From a virus: a stretch of DNA of 64,000 bases. A model generated the notes under the pieces. The model was not told where the DNA came from and did not search any database. It was given only the letters and a program-made list of their open reading frames with translations. Position numbers and translations under genes: made by a program. Positions 35,087 through 44,988 of the stretch are shown here, piece after piece. Where the stretch lies: IMG/VR virus record IMGVR_UViG_3300025466_000014; one strand, 5' to 3'. How positions within the stretch are numbered: the stretch's first letter is position 1; each line of letters begins with the position of its first letter.

Positions 35087-35500
35087 ATGATACTAGGAAT
35101 ATACTACGACAAACTTACATCGTCTATTGCTGCTCAGATTGTACGCGACCTATTGGCTGTATCTAGGGAATACGAATTCTCTGTTTTGGATACAGGCGGC
35201 AAGTTTGAAAAGTCTTTGCTACAAGAGTTAGGTATTCCTTTTGCGGAGACAGGTAAACCTGAACTAGCAGTTGTCTATAAAGAGGGCGAGGCATGGCCTG
35301 CTTACCCTGAAGACACGACCCTTGTTAAACGGGACCTGATGATCTCAAAAAAGAAACAGACGCTTTCAACTGAGAATAAAATAGGCTACTTTTTAAAACC
35401 ACAAGGACGCGTTGGTCCTAATTTAACAGAGCGTTACCTTAACAGAGCCTATCCTAAAGGTAAAGGTTTTATTGATCCTGCTCTGTACTGGATGTACTGA
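35087..35500 (+). CDS. Hypothetical protein
   Basis: ATG one base after the previous stop. Confidence 0.6.
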   Translation: MILGIYYDKLTSSIAAQIVRDLLAVSREYEFSVLDTGGKFEKSLLQELGIPFAETGKPELAVVYKEGEAWPAYPEDTTLVKRDLMISKKKQTLSTENKIGYFLKPQGRVGPNLTERYLNRAYPKGKGFIDPALYWMY

Positions 35501-35591
35501 ATTTTCCTTTCATTATCCTGGAGAGGTTAGCCGCCCTTCAAGGTTCAAGCCTCGGCTATTCTAATCTCCAGGTACTCTTCTAGGTACCACT

Positions 35592-36446
35592 ATGGATTCA
35601 TTCTTTGACATAGCCGGCAAGGTCGGCGCGTTACAGACTTCATTAGGGCAGGCCATAGGGTCTGCCCAGTCTAGCGTTTTAGGTGAGACAAAAGCCTACA
35701 TAAACAGCACCATTAAAGGTCTCCTTAATGGCAATGGGCTGCTTAACCCTAATACTACTCCAGGTGTAGGCTTAGGCGACTCATTTGCGGGTATGAACGC
35801 CCGCGGTGACGCGGTACAGAACATAAATTGGTGGTGTGTTTTACCTACAGTGGGTGATGTTGGCTTTTCAGGTGGAAACCCAGTAGACCTACCTTGGTAT
35901 TATGTTCAAACGTCTAACCTCCCGGCAATGGAGGTTACTATGAACCCAATAACTAGGAACGGTAAGCAGATTTATTTTCCTAATTATTACTCGGTACCTG
36001 ATTTAAATTTAGTCCTTTTTATGGACGATAAAAACGCGGCTTTAAAATGGTACCAAGCTTGGCGTAATATGGTAGTTAGTCAGGGTAGTTCCTACAATCC
36101 TAACTCTCAGGGTAAGTGGGGTAGGCCAGGTGATTATAAAAAGAACATAAATTTTGTTCTTTATTCGTACTCTAACGGTATGAAGAACAATCTCATAAAC
36201 ATTAAATATATAAACTGCACCCCAGGCCAGCAAACTTCCTTTAGTGAATTGAGTTCTAACAACCCAGAAGTCATGACACTAACAGTAGGTTTGAAAGTTG
36301 AAGATATCGAAATTACAGTAGTTAACGCACCAGAATTAACAAACGCACTAACAAGTTCAGGTGACGTTGGCGTTATAGGCAAAATAACTTCAGGCATACA
36401 GAGTGCGGCAACCAACGTGTTAAACCAGATCCCTTTCCAGTTCTAA
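35592..36446 (+). CDS. Tail-tube-fold protein (T4 gp54/gp48/gp19-like)
   Basis: YVQTSNLP..EV.....NGKQIYFP..Y....L.F.DD..ALKWYQAW..YKK.I. Confidence 0.7.
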   Translation: MDSFFDIAGKVGALQTSLGQAIGSAQSSVLGETKAYINSTIKGLLNGNGLLNPNTTPGVGLGDSFAGMNARGDAVQNINWWCVLPTVGDVGFSGGNPVDLPWYYVQTSNLPAMEVTMNPITRNGKQIYFPNYYSVPDLNLVLFMDDKNAALKWYQAWRNMVVSQGSSYNPNSQGKWGRPGDYKKNINFVLYSYSNGMKNNLINIKYINCTPGQQTSFSELSSNNPEVMTLTVGLKVEDIEITVVNAPELTNALTSSGDVGVIGKITSGIQSAATNVLNQIPFQF

Positions 36447-36460
36447 ACTAATCAACTACC

Positions 36461-37471
36461 ATGCCCAGTATAGTAAACCAAACCGAAACCAAACCGTTTC
36501 CTGCAGAAATGCGCGACATAATAGATCAAAAGTTGCGTGAGACTGTAGGTGACAGGCCAAAAATAGAGTCTGTACGTCCCGAAAGGCAACAACGTCCTTT
36601 GCCAATCGTGCAAACTGACCCGGCGTCTATTGTGCCCCCTAAGGCTACAAAAACAGAGGCACCAGAAAATACGGTGCCAAATAATGCTCCTCTACCTACG
36701 CCAGTTTCAACTGTTGACGGCATCTCTTTGGATTTACCTTCAAAATTTGCCTATTACGACTTTAAAGACTTATACATTAAACCTTTTACTGTCAAACATT
36801 TGTCCAAACTGGCAAGGTCTCAGCAGGAAGCATCTTTGCAGATGTTGGTGGAAGTAGTTAGCACCGTTTTGTCTACGCCTAATGGCGATACAGACATTGG
36901 CTTTAAACTCTCTACTGCGGATTTTACGGCTGTTTTGTATTGGTTGCGAATGAACTCGTTTGCTAAGCCGCAAATGCGCTATCGTTGGATATGCCAGCAT
37001 GACGAGCACATTGACCAAGTCAAACTGGGAGCACTGTCTCCTAAGAGCTTGGAGAACATTCTGGTATACAAAGAGTCTGATATTAAGGTTATTCATTTAG
37101 ACCATAAGCCAGACGAAGAGAAGTACACTTTGTATTTTGATAATCGTCCTCCGGTGAGACTAGTGCCTGAGAATATGTTAAACACGATTCAATTTTTGGA
37201 CGACCCTGAACAGCGTTGGGACAGTGCAGATTTCCAATTTAGTGCAAAACTGGCTGCACACCTGGATTTGCCTTTAACGTTAAACGAAAAGATTCTCTTT
37301 GTTGAGAACGAGCTAGCTATGGACCATGTGCCGCTAATTAAAGAGTTTTCAGCTCTTATTGACGGTTATGGAATTAAAGAAACAGTAACATCAAAATGTA
37401 AGGAGTGTGGCGTGTCACAGCAGGTTCCCCTGACTGTTGACACGTCCTGTTTTCTTTCCCCTGAGTTCTGA
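36461..37471 (+). CDS. Baseplate hub / tail assembly chaperone (T4 gp26-like)
   Basis: YIKPFTVK, LSTADF...LYWLR, terminal KCKECG. Confidence 0.65.
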   Translation: MPSIVNQTETKPFPAEMRDIIDQKLRETVGDRPKIESVRPERQQRPLPIVQTDPASIVPPKATKTEAPENTVPNNAPLPTPVSTVDGISLDLPSKFAYYDFKDLYIKPFTVKHLSKLARSQQEASLQMLVEVVSTVLSTPNGDTDIGFKLSTADFTAVLYWLRMNSFAKPQMRYRWICQHDEHIDQVKLGALSPKSLENILVYKESDIKVIHLDHKPDEEKYTLYFDNRPPVRLVPENMLNTIQFLDDPEQRWDSADFQFSAKLAAHLDLPLTLNEKILFVENELAMDHVPLIKEFSALIDGYGIKETVTSKCKECGVSQQVPLTVDTSCFLSPEF

Positions 37472-37634
37472 GGCTGAGATTGTAGACCGACAAACCCGAA
37501 TAGCTCAAGAATTTCATATTTGGGACGAAAACATGCTTAGTTCAACTTTCTTTTATATGTCTAATAAAGTTGTCTCTATCTGGGAAGATAAAGTTAAGGC
37601 ACATAAGGAAGGTCAAATTTACATAGGCGGTTAA
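37437..37634 (+). CDS. Small gp51/GT-like ORF, possibly reached by +1 frameshift
   Basis: Only a TTG start with weak RBS; overlaps the chaperone end in +1 frame; precedes the tape-measure-like gene. Confidence 0.5.
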   Translation: MTRPVFFPLSSEAEIVDRQTRIAQEFHIWDENMLSSTFFYMSNKVVSIWEDKVKAHKEGQIYIGG

Positions 37635-37645
37635 ACCCGATAAAA

Positions 37646-39544
37646 ATGGCATACGATCCAAGAGACCAAGCTAAAAAAGCTAGACAGGCTTACAACGATG
37701 TAAGCAGTGTTCCTTTATTAAACCTTCAGGACATTGTTAAAAATTCTAGGCAACTCTTGGGTGCCAAGGCACTTGCTAACTCTAAAAAAGGCCTAAAGCT
37801 TTCAAAACAAGCAGAAAAGCTTGCCAAAGAGCAGGCAGTTTTAGACGCCAAACGTCTAGCCGTTGAAGAGACTAATCTTAAAAAGCATCAGCAAGAAATT
37901 GCAGAACAACAAAAAGCCATTGAGGACGATAAAAAAGCGGCTGCTGAAAAGATTAGAATTGAAAAGGTTAAAAACAAACTCTTGACAGCCAAGAAGCTTA
38001 AGGCTCTGCGTGATGCCAAGAAGGTAAAAACGGACGAAAAAGATGTTAAAGCTTTAGACCTGATAAACAAAACAGAAGGTAAAGAGCAAACGCAACATCC
38101 CTTAATGGTCAAGGCAAGAGACGCTCTTTTTTCTGCTGAAAAGAAAATTGAAAAGGCTGAGCTGCTTAACCTAATTTCACCTAAGGTACTGCGAGACATC
38201 CAAGCTGATTACCAGGTTGCTGAATCCGGCATTAACCTTTTCGACGTTAAGCTAAAGCTACAACAACAGGAATACAAAAAGCGATTAGAAGCAATTAGTC
38301 ACTGGCTAAAACAAAAAGCTAAGGTTGTTGTATCAAACAAATTTGGAAAAAGCAAGGAAGAAAGTTTTGGCTCTAGGGCATACAAGTTTTTAGGTGGTAA
38401 GGCTAGCACCGCAAATGAATGGTGGAAAGACGCCAAATCAAAAGTGTCTAGCGGTATCACCAGCGGAGTTACTGCTCTTAAATCAGGCTATGAGAATTCT
38501 CCTAGGGCAGTTGCGGCTGTTGCCAAGGCAGAACAAGTAGCAAGGTTCTTTGGTAATATGGGTCAAGATACTTTTAGATGGCTTACTAAAAAGGTAAGTA
38601 GCATCTCCGGTATGCTAATGAACTATATCCGTAAACCTTTTGCGGCTGTAGGTAATGCTGGATTTGGGGAGCTCTTCGGTATAGCTGCCCTTATACCAAC
38701 TCTAATTGGGCCTATCTTAAGTGGCCTTAACGACTTCTTAGACAAGACTTTTGGGGAAAAATGGTTTAGTACCTTAATGAAGACTATGTGGGAAAAGTCC
38801 TGGTCTTTTATTAAAGATACTGTTGCTGGCTGGTTAGGTCTAAACACTGAAGATCAAAGAAAGGCTAAAGAAGAGCAGTCCAATGTAGATACTGCAACGG
38901 CAGATTTACGTGGTGCTAAGGCTTCCTTCTCACGTCCTTACGAGGATATTAAAGTTGCAGCAGATAAAAGAGATGCGTCTATTGATGTAATACAGAAACG
39001 AGTAGACGCTAATCCAAGTGCAGCTTTAGCAGCGGGTATCGATTCAGTTCCCGCAAAGAGCAAACTTGGTTCTAGGTCACCGCAATCAGAAAAATTAGAC
39101 ATCTTAACTTCTAGGTATGACAGCGGAAATCCTCTAAATTGGTTTACGGCTAATAGTACCCTAGACGACCAGGTACAAGACCTCTTAAAGACGGCGCCTC
39201 CAGGAAGTATTGACCCTAGGTCAGCAGACAGGTTTAATGCTTTAGGTAGAGCTATTAAGGTCAGCCCCTACTATGTTGCTGGTGCAGTTTCTTGGACTTC
39301 GCCTAAATTTGCTGGTAGCACAGGACGCGGCGCGATAAGCGCACCTAACCCTGCTCCATACAATGCTACAGGCTCGGTAATGACTGAAAAGTCAAAAGAA
39401 ACGCCTAGTGCAGGCCCTGGCCCCGCCTCTGTGGGTAGGCCAGGCAACGGCTCTGTGGGTACAGGCGCAAGCAACCGGCTTGTTCCCAATAGAGCAACGC
39501 CTGATCAATTGATAATACTTAACGCTGGTGTCTTATCAAACTAA
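37646..39544 (+). CDS. Tape-measure / hub-like protein
   Basis: N-terminal coiled coil, amphipathic/hydrophobic W-spaced middle; position after the chaperone genes. Confidence 0.55.
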   Translation: MAYDPRDQAKKARQAYNDVSSVPLLNLQDIVKNSRQLLGAKALANSKKGLKLSKQAEKLAKEQAVLDAKRLAVEETNLKKHQQEIAEQQKAIEDDKKAAAEKIRIEKVKNKLLTAKKLKALRDAKKVKTDEKDVKALDLINKTEGKEQTQHPLMVKARDALFSAEKKIEKAELLNLISPKVLRDIQADYQVAESGINLFDVKLKLQQQEYKKRLEAISHWLKQKAKVVVSNKFGKSKEESFGSRAYKFLGGKASTANEWWKDAKSKVSSGITSGVTALKSGYENSPRAVAAVAKAEQVARFFGNMGQDTFRWLTKKVSSISGMLMNYIRKPFAAVGNAGFGELFGIAALIPTLIGPILSGLNDFLDKTFGEKWFSTLMKTMWEKSWSFIKDTVAGWLGLNTEDQRKAKEEQSNVDTATADLRGAKASFSRPYEDIKVAADKRDASIDVIQKRVDANPSAALAAGIDSVPAKSKLGSRSPQSEKLDILTSRYDSGNPLNWFTANSTLDDQVQDLLKTAPPGSIDPRSADRFNALGRAIKVSPYYVAGAVSWTSPKFAGSTGRGAISAPNPAPYNATGSVMTEKSKETPSAGPGPASVGRPGNGSVGTGASNRLVPNRATPDQLIILNAGVLSN

Positions 39545-39545
39545 A

Positions 39546-41162
39546 ATGAACATCCTATCGTTTGTTGACCAAAAACGCAAAGGGCTGGCAGCTACTGCGG
39601 GGGATGCGGTATTAGAAGCATCTAACGTAGCCCTTCACGGAATGGCCTACTCAATAGCAGACGCAATTGAACACGGCAATACAATTAAGTCGCGCAGAGT
39701 CCTTAAAACTTCTTTGGACAAACTAAACACGGTTGTTACCAAGGTTCTTTACGATAAAAAACTATCTTCTAATAAGTTAGACACAGAAGAAGACGATCTG
39801 TTTAGTACCGTAGGAAATGCTCTTAAAGAAGGCGTAGTGGGTTTAGTGTCTTCTGTTGGCAAAGGTCTGATTAAGATGGTAGGTTACGCAATTGAGTATG
39901 CAGTCATACCAGCCTTTACCTTTTTCACTTCTGCCGCAGCCGCCGTAGTAGGTTTGCTTGTTAACAACCCTATGTCAGCGTTAGCTATTGGAACGGTATT
40001 AGCTACAGGAACAGCAGGCTATAAACTCTACAAGTACCTGACTAATAAAGAAGAGAGTGCCTCTCTGCCAGCAAATCCTGTAAACAAGGTTACTGCCGAA
40101 ATTCGTACCAAGGGAGTTGCTGACCAAGGCGAAATTAAGTCTACGCTTAAGGACAAAGACGTTGCAAGGATTAAAAATTGGGAAACTAAACTAGGTCTCG
40201 CTAGTAAAGAAAAGGCACATAATCTGCAACCAGGTATACTTGCTGCGGTTATGGCGCAAGAGTCAAATGGTAACCCCAATGCTGAATCTAAGGCTGGCGC
40301 AAAGGGGCTATTTCAGTTGATGCCTGTTGCCGTAAAAGAACTTAAGAACAAAGGTTTAACTGTCGACCCTCTTAACCCAGAACAGGCGGCTGAGGGGGCC
40401 GCAGTTTTATTAAGTGATTTGGTGGCCTTTTATCAAGGTGATTACGACAAAGCTTTGGTTGCGTACAACGCTGGAAAGACTGCGCTTAATCAAGCCCTAA
40501 AAGGCAAAAGAACTCTGGCAACAGAATCTTTAGAATACGCAGGAAGAGTTAAAGGTCAATTTAGTGCCATAAACAACCAACCTTTGTCTACGGCATTAGA
40601 AACAGGGCCTATGTATCCTTTTGGTCAGTATCCGCCTGCACAAGAGCAAATAGCTACTGCGCAAACACCGCTGCCGGGCAACCTTTCACCTAGTCTTATA
40701 ATGCCTGCGGGAGGTACGTTCTCATCTCCTTTTGGGGAGCGGTTCTTGCTAGGTAAACTTGCACCGCATGACGGTATAGACATTGCTAACGCAGAAGGTT
40801 CCCCGATTTATGCTGCGGCGGCTGGTAAGGTCGTAACCTCAGGGCCTGTTAACGGATATGGTTCGCTAGTTGCCATTGACCACGGCAACATTACGACAAG
40901 GTATGGTCATACGCGCAAACAGTTTGTCAACGTAGGTGACTACGTTCCTCAAGGTAAGGTAATTGCTGAGATGGGAAATTTAGGTAAGTCTACTGGCCCT
41001 CATTTGCATTTTGAAGTACGTGATAAAAGTGGCGTAGCAATTGACCCTGCTAGTTATTTACCTGACCTTCCGTCTTCTAAAGGTCAGCCTTTAAAATATT
41101 CAATGCCTGACCTCAGTTCGATTGTTATAAATCGTAATGGTCAACCGTTAATCCTAAATTAG
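39546..41162 (+). CDS. Tail-associated lysin: lytic transglycosylase (SLT) plus M23 peptidase
   Basis: AQES.GNP.A.S..GAKGLFQLMP, AYNAG; HDGIDIA, YGH, STGPHLHFEV; N-terminal hydrophobic segment. Confidence 0.92.
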   Translation: MNILSFVDQKRKGLAATAGDAVLEASNVALHGMAYSIADAIEHGNTIKSRRVLKTSLDKLNTVVTKVLYDKKLSSNKLDTEEDDLFSTVGNALKEGVVGLVSSVGKGLIKMVGYAIEYAVIPAFTFFTSAAAAVVGLLVNNPMSALAIGTVLATGTAGYKLYKYLTNKEESASLPANPVNKVTAEIRTKGVADQGEIKSTLKDKDVARIKNWETKLGLASKEKAHNLQPGILAAVMAQESNGNPNAESKAGAKGLFQLMPVAVKELKNKGLTVDPLNPEQAAEGAAVLLSDLVAFYQGDYDKALVAYNAGKTALNQALKGKRTLATESLEYAGRVKGQFSAINNQPLSTALETGPMYPFGQYPPAQEQIATAQTPLPGNLSPSLIMPAGGTFSSPFGERFLLGKLAPHDGIDIANAEGSPIYAAAAGKVVTSGPVNGYGSLVAIDHGNITTRYGHTRKQFVNVGDYVPQGKVIAEMGNLGKSTGPHLHFEVRDKSGVAIDPASYLPDLPSSKGQPLKYSMPDLSSIVINRNGQPLILN

Positions 41163-41170
41163 GAAATACA

Positions 41171-42202
41171 ATGTCGCAACTTATAGACAGTTTATCTTCT
41201 CTACCTACTGTACCAAGTAGTTTTTCAGGTAGTGCGCCGAGATCTGCACAAACCGACCCAACCTTGCAGAATACCAGCTACCAGGTACTTTTGGTTCAAC
41301 ATAACAAGAAACAACCCCTAATTGTTTTAGGTAGTGTCCCAGAAGAGTTTCAATTATCGCAGGACGTAGGCTGGAAAGCTCCTTGGGGCGCTGGTATTGC
41401 TGGCAGCGGCTTAGTCGGTGACCTACTTGCCGCAACAGGTAATCGGTTGGTAACGCAAGTTATGACAATGCAAGTATGGCAAGGTGAGAATGATTCGCTA
41501 AGCTTTACGGTTGTTTTTGAATTTAACACCTGGAAAGATCCGGTTGCCGATATTGTTGATCCAATTAAGGCTCTAATGCAGATGTCTATGCCAGGACTTG
41601 GCGCGGGCGGGTTCTTGACTTCGCCTGGCCCTGTGTTAACTGCCGCCGGTGTTAAGAACCTAACGCAGACAGTAGGTGGAAAGATTATTGGTGCCGGTCA
41701 GGCAATCAGCGCAGCAGGGGCCAATGCCATAAAAAATGGCTCTATTGAATCTGTCTCTAACGTAGTACAGACAGCCGTAAATTCTGTTGCAGGCATAATT
41801 AGCAAAGATGATGTTGAAAAGAATCTTGAAAATAGGATTTCTATTAACATAGGAACCTGGTTTCAACTAGACAACATTATCATTAAGCAAGTTAATCACA
41901 CGTACAAACCACAGGTAGTGGACGCACTTACCGGTACTTTTCAGAGTGCCACAGTCTCTGTAACCTTTGCACCTATGTTTGCTTTGACTACTGCTGATAT
42001 TCCTAACTTGATAAAGGTTAGGAATTTGCCTAGCTCGCTACCGTCTGTTTCGGCAGGTTTAGGTTCTGGTCTTTCAGCCTTAGACGTGCCTTCTTCTGTT
42101 CTCAACAACTCGGGTATCTTGAACATTGTACCTCAGGTTTCTAGCATTGCGCAGAATGCGGCTAACAAAGCGGCCAGTATTGTTTCTAACTTTATTCCTT
42201 GA
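41171..42202 (+). CDS. Baseplate/tube-initiator-like protein
   Basis: TMQVWQG...SFTVVFEF..P......LMQM..P; position in the hub operon. Confidence 0.5.
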   Translation: MSQLIDSLSSLPTVPSSFSGSAPRSAQTDPTLQNTSYQVLLVQHNKKQPLIVLGSVPEEFQLSQDVGWKAPWGAGIAGSGLVGDLLAATGNRLVTQVMTMQVWQGENDSLSFTVVFEFNTWKDPVADIVDPIKALMQMSMPGLGAGGFLTSPGPVLTAAGVKNLTQTVGGKIIGAGQAISAAGANAIKNGSIESVSNVVQTAVNSVAGIISKDDVEKNLENRISINIGTWFQLDNIIIKQVNHTYKPQVVDALTGTFQSATVSVTFAPMFALTTADIPNLIKVRNLPSSLPSVSAGLGSGLSALDVPSSVLNNSGILNIVPQVSSIAQNAANKAASIVSNFIP

Positions 42203-42218
42203 TGTTTAGGAAACTAAA

Positions 42219-42554
42219 ATGCTTACCTACTCTGAAGCCACGCCTACTACTACGCTTTTAAAAAATCTAACGGACTTAGACATACTTAAAAGCTCTTATG
42301 CCAACATTAAGTACTCTGCTAAAAAAGAGACAACAATAATTGTGGACTCTAAGTACGAAGCTAATCTACCAGGTTTAGCCTACGACTATTACGGTAACCA
42401 AGAGCTATGGCGAGTCATTCTGGCATTTAATGGTTTAGAAGACGCCCTAAGCGACATTGTTGCGGGAACGCAATTGGACTTGCCTAGCCTAGCCTCTGTT
42501 GAGGCGTTCTTTACTAGCTCTAGTAACGTCTTAAATCCTGTGGTGTCTTTATGA
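42219..42554 (+). CDS. LysM/gp53/tail-X-like baseplate protein
   Basis: LPGLAYDYYGNQELWRVILAFNG....GTQLDLP. Confidence 0.85.
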   Translation: MLTYSEATPTTTLLKNLTDLDILKSSYANIKYSAKKETTIIVDSKYEANLPGLAYDYYGNQELWRVILAFNGLEDALSDIVAGTQLDLPSLASVEAFFTSSSNVLNPVVSL

Positions 42555-43648
42555 GCTTTAAAGTTAATGACCAACTGGATGGCCTTATAAAAATCAATGG
42601 TCAAGAGCTAGTTTTAACTAATGGTAATTTTCTAAAGACACTTCATATCCGGGCGGCGGCTTTAGATGCGTTACCTACTATGCACTTTGAATTTGTAGAT
42701 TTATTAAAGCTTGTGCCTTCAATGAATCTAAACGACGGGTCTACGGTAGAAGTTACTTTATCCAGTAACATCCAAATTGTGCGCAACTTTAGAGTTTTCT
42801 CTTGGCTACGCACTCCTGTGGGTGACGGGTTTGCGTACTCCATAGACTGCTATTGGGATGCCCCACAATACCTAATGGGTACTTCCTGCGCTGGTATACT
42901 GGGTAGTAGCAGTAGCGTCTTAAACACAATTGCGACTACGTGTGGATTGGGAATATCAACTTTTAATCAAGTGACCGCAGACCAGATGATTTGGTTGCCC
43001 AACAATAGAACCTATGCAATATTCGCCAAGGATGTTGCTCGTCACGGTTTTAGAAGTGCTACCTCTCATATGGTATTGGCTGTAGACTCCCATGGTACTA
43101 TGAGGTACTGGGACATAAACTCTAATCCTGCACCTGCTGTTACGGTAGGTTTTGTGCCCCCATCAAATGGTGGTGCATACCAACGCATTAGCGACTTTAC
43201 TGCAACGATAAATTCCGGCACTAATAACATGGTTGGTGGATACCAGCATGTACGTCATGCGCAATCGGTTACGGGTAGCACAGTCGTTAATCAACTAACC
43301 TTGTCCTCAGACTCAAAAGTTCCCACTATTAACTTTGACGTGCGAACGGAATTGGCTAGGTCTTTTGTTACTCACAGTCCATTAGATTACGGGAACGTGC
43401 ATCCTAACTATGAGCAAGCATGGGTGCAGAATATTAGGTACAACCTTTTAAATTCTATGGAAGGCCAATTCTTGTTTAACACGATGACCAACTGGGAACC
43501 GTTAGACAACTTTAACTATGCTGCACCTTCTGACCTAAATAATAATCAACATGATGGTGAGTACACGGTGACTACAAAGATTGTCTTTATAGCAGGAAAA
43601 GATTATTCTGAAAAAATTATTGCAGTTCGCAATGGATTAAATAGCTGA
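42551..43648 (+). CDS. Baseplate hub protein (gp27/late-control-D-like)
   Basis: Size and position between the LysM and spike genes; beta-rich. Confidence 0.65.
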   Translation: MSFKVNDQLDGLIKINGQELVLTNGNFLKTLHIRAAALDALPTMHFEFVDLLKLVPSMNLNDGSTVEVTLSSNIQIVRNFRVFSWLRTPVGDGFAYSIDCYWDAPQYLMGTSCAGILGSSSSVLNTIATTCGLGISTFNQVTADQMIWLPNNRTYAIFAKDVARHGFRSATSHMVLAVDSHGTMRYWDINSNPAPAVTVGFVPPSNGGAYQRISDFTATINSGTNNMVGGYQHVRHAQSVTGSTVVNQLTLSSDSKVPTINFDVRTELARSFVTHSPLDYGNVHPNYEQAWVQNIRYNLLNSMEGQFLFNTMTNWEPLDNFNYAAPSDLNNNQHDGEYTVTTKIVFIAGKDYSEKIIAVRNGLNS

Positions 43649-43655
43649 GGTCGCA

Positions 43656-44231
43656 ATGTTTGATGCTCTAAATGAAGCCTTTGGTCTCTCTGGAGGCAAC
43701 GGAAAAACTCGCAAATACCTAGGTAAGGTAACTAATAATGTTGACCCCCTAGGCCTTGACAGAATTCAAGCTAACGTACCGGATCTTTATGACCCTACCT
43801 TAGGCCCTGTGCCTTGGATTGGACCAAAAAAGGACGCTTTATTTGGGATTGGCGCAACATGGGGCATTTACGGTTCACCTGCTATTGGCTCTGATGTTTT
43901 AATTTCATTGCAAGATGATGACCCGCATTATCCTGAGTACGAAAGCGTTCAGCTAAATAGTTCTGCCTCTAATTTCCCAAGCGGTACCTCTTGGGGCTTT
44001 AAGGACCCTTACGGTAATACGTTAAAGATTACTTCTGATAAAAATATATCGTTTGTTGCTGCTTCAGGCTGCACAATTACGATATCGCCTGTAGGAAGTA
44101 TTACTATAAATACACCAGGAAGCCTGTCTGCTACGGTTGGTGGCTCTACAACCCTGACGTCTACTGGTGCAACTACGATTACTTCTAGCGGAACCTTGGC
44201 CCTTCATGGCGCCAGCATAACTTTGAATTAA
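43656..44231 (+). CDS. Baseplate spike (gp5/VgrG OB-fold plus beta-helix)
   Basis: GKVTNNVDPLGLDRIQANVP, PAIGSDVLI...D...P.Y, TIT repeats. Confidence 0.9.
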   Translation: MFDALNEAFGLSGGNGKTRKYLGKVTNNVDPLGLDRIQANVPDLYDPTLGPVPWIGPKKDALFGIGATWGIYGSPAIGSDVLISLQDDDPHYPEYESVQLNSSASNFPSGTSWGFKDPYGNTLKITSDKNISFVAASGCTITISPVGSITINTPGSLSATVGGSTTLTSTGATTITSSGTLALHGASITLN

Positions 44232-44247
44232 AGTTAAGGAATATAAA

Positions 44248-44550
44248 ATGCCAGCAATTATGAGAGTAGGTGATACAGGGACTGGTGTTTGTAACGCGCA
44301 TACCAGCCCAGTGGCTTGCACTATAACCTTTACAAGCGGCGCTGCTACAGTGAACGCAGAAGGTAGGGCGGTATGCACTATAGGTTCTGTGGGTGTTACC
44401 AGCTGCGGGCACACGTCTAAAGCAACTACAGGCTCTAGCACTGTGATGGTTGAAGGTAAAGGTGTGCACCGTGCCGGAGACACTGGGATTTTAATTCCTA
44501 GTGGAAGCTACACGGCTGGTTCAAGTTCATCACATACAAGCGCAAATTAA
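44248..44550 (+). CDS. PAAR-like spike tip protein
   Basis: MPAIMRVGD...C..H; CGH; GSSTVMVEGKGVHRAGD. Confidence 0.9.
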   Translation: MPAIMRVGDTGTGVCNAHTSPVACTITFTSGAATVNAEGRAVCTIGSVGVTSCGHTSKATTGSSTVMVEGKGVHRAGDTGILIPSGSYTAGSSSSHTSAN

Positions 44551-44563
44551 AATAGGTAAAAAT

Positions 44564-44980
44564 ATGGCTTTAACCAATTACCAGCTGTCACTACAAAACG
44601 CAAAATTTATAGACGTTAATACTCAGTATGGTTTGAATAATAAACCGGACCGTTTGCCAGACGGACAAGCAATAACAAATGCTTCGTTGTTTAACCTGTT
44701 CAACTGTATGCCTGGTCAAAGAGCCAGAACCTTTCAACCTGAATACGGTTCGCAATGGTTGCAATTTTTGCACGAGCAGCCTGGCCCAACGACAGCTATG
44801 AAGATGGAGTTGTTTATGGTAAGCGCCATTAAAAGGTGGGAGCCTAGAATAAATCTAGATACTAATAGAACGCAGATTATTTACGCCGCCGACTTGCCCG
44901 GATACGTTGTAAACATTGTTTACTCTTTGCCGCAGAGTTTGTCTTCTAGCCAAATTCAATTTAATTTACCTCTCCAGTAA
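44564..44980 (+). CDS. Baseplate wedge gp25/gpW-like
   Basis: PGQR..QPEYGS......IKRWEPRI. Confidence 0.9.
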   Translation: MALTNYQLSLQNAKFIDVNTQYGLNNKPDRLPDGQAITNASLFNLFNCMPGQRARTFQPEYGSQWLQFLHEQPGPTTAMKMELFMVSAIKRWEPRINLDTNRTQIIYAADLPGYVVNIVYSLPQSLSSSQIQFNLPLQ

Positions 44981-44988
44981 GGCTTTAA

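Noticed and set aside
35538-35556. GGTTCAAGCC resembling a tRNA T-loop
   Set aside because: The T-stem pairs at only 2 of 5 positions, and no acceptor, D or anticodon arms are present. No tRNA gene was found in the window.
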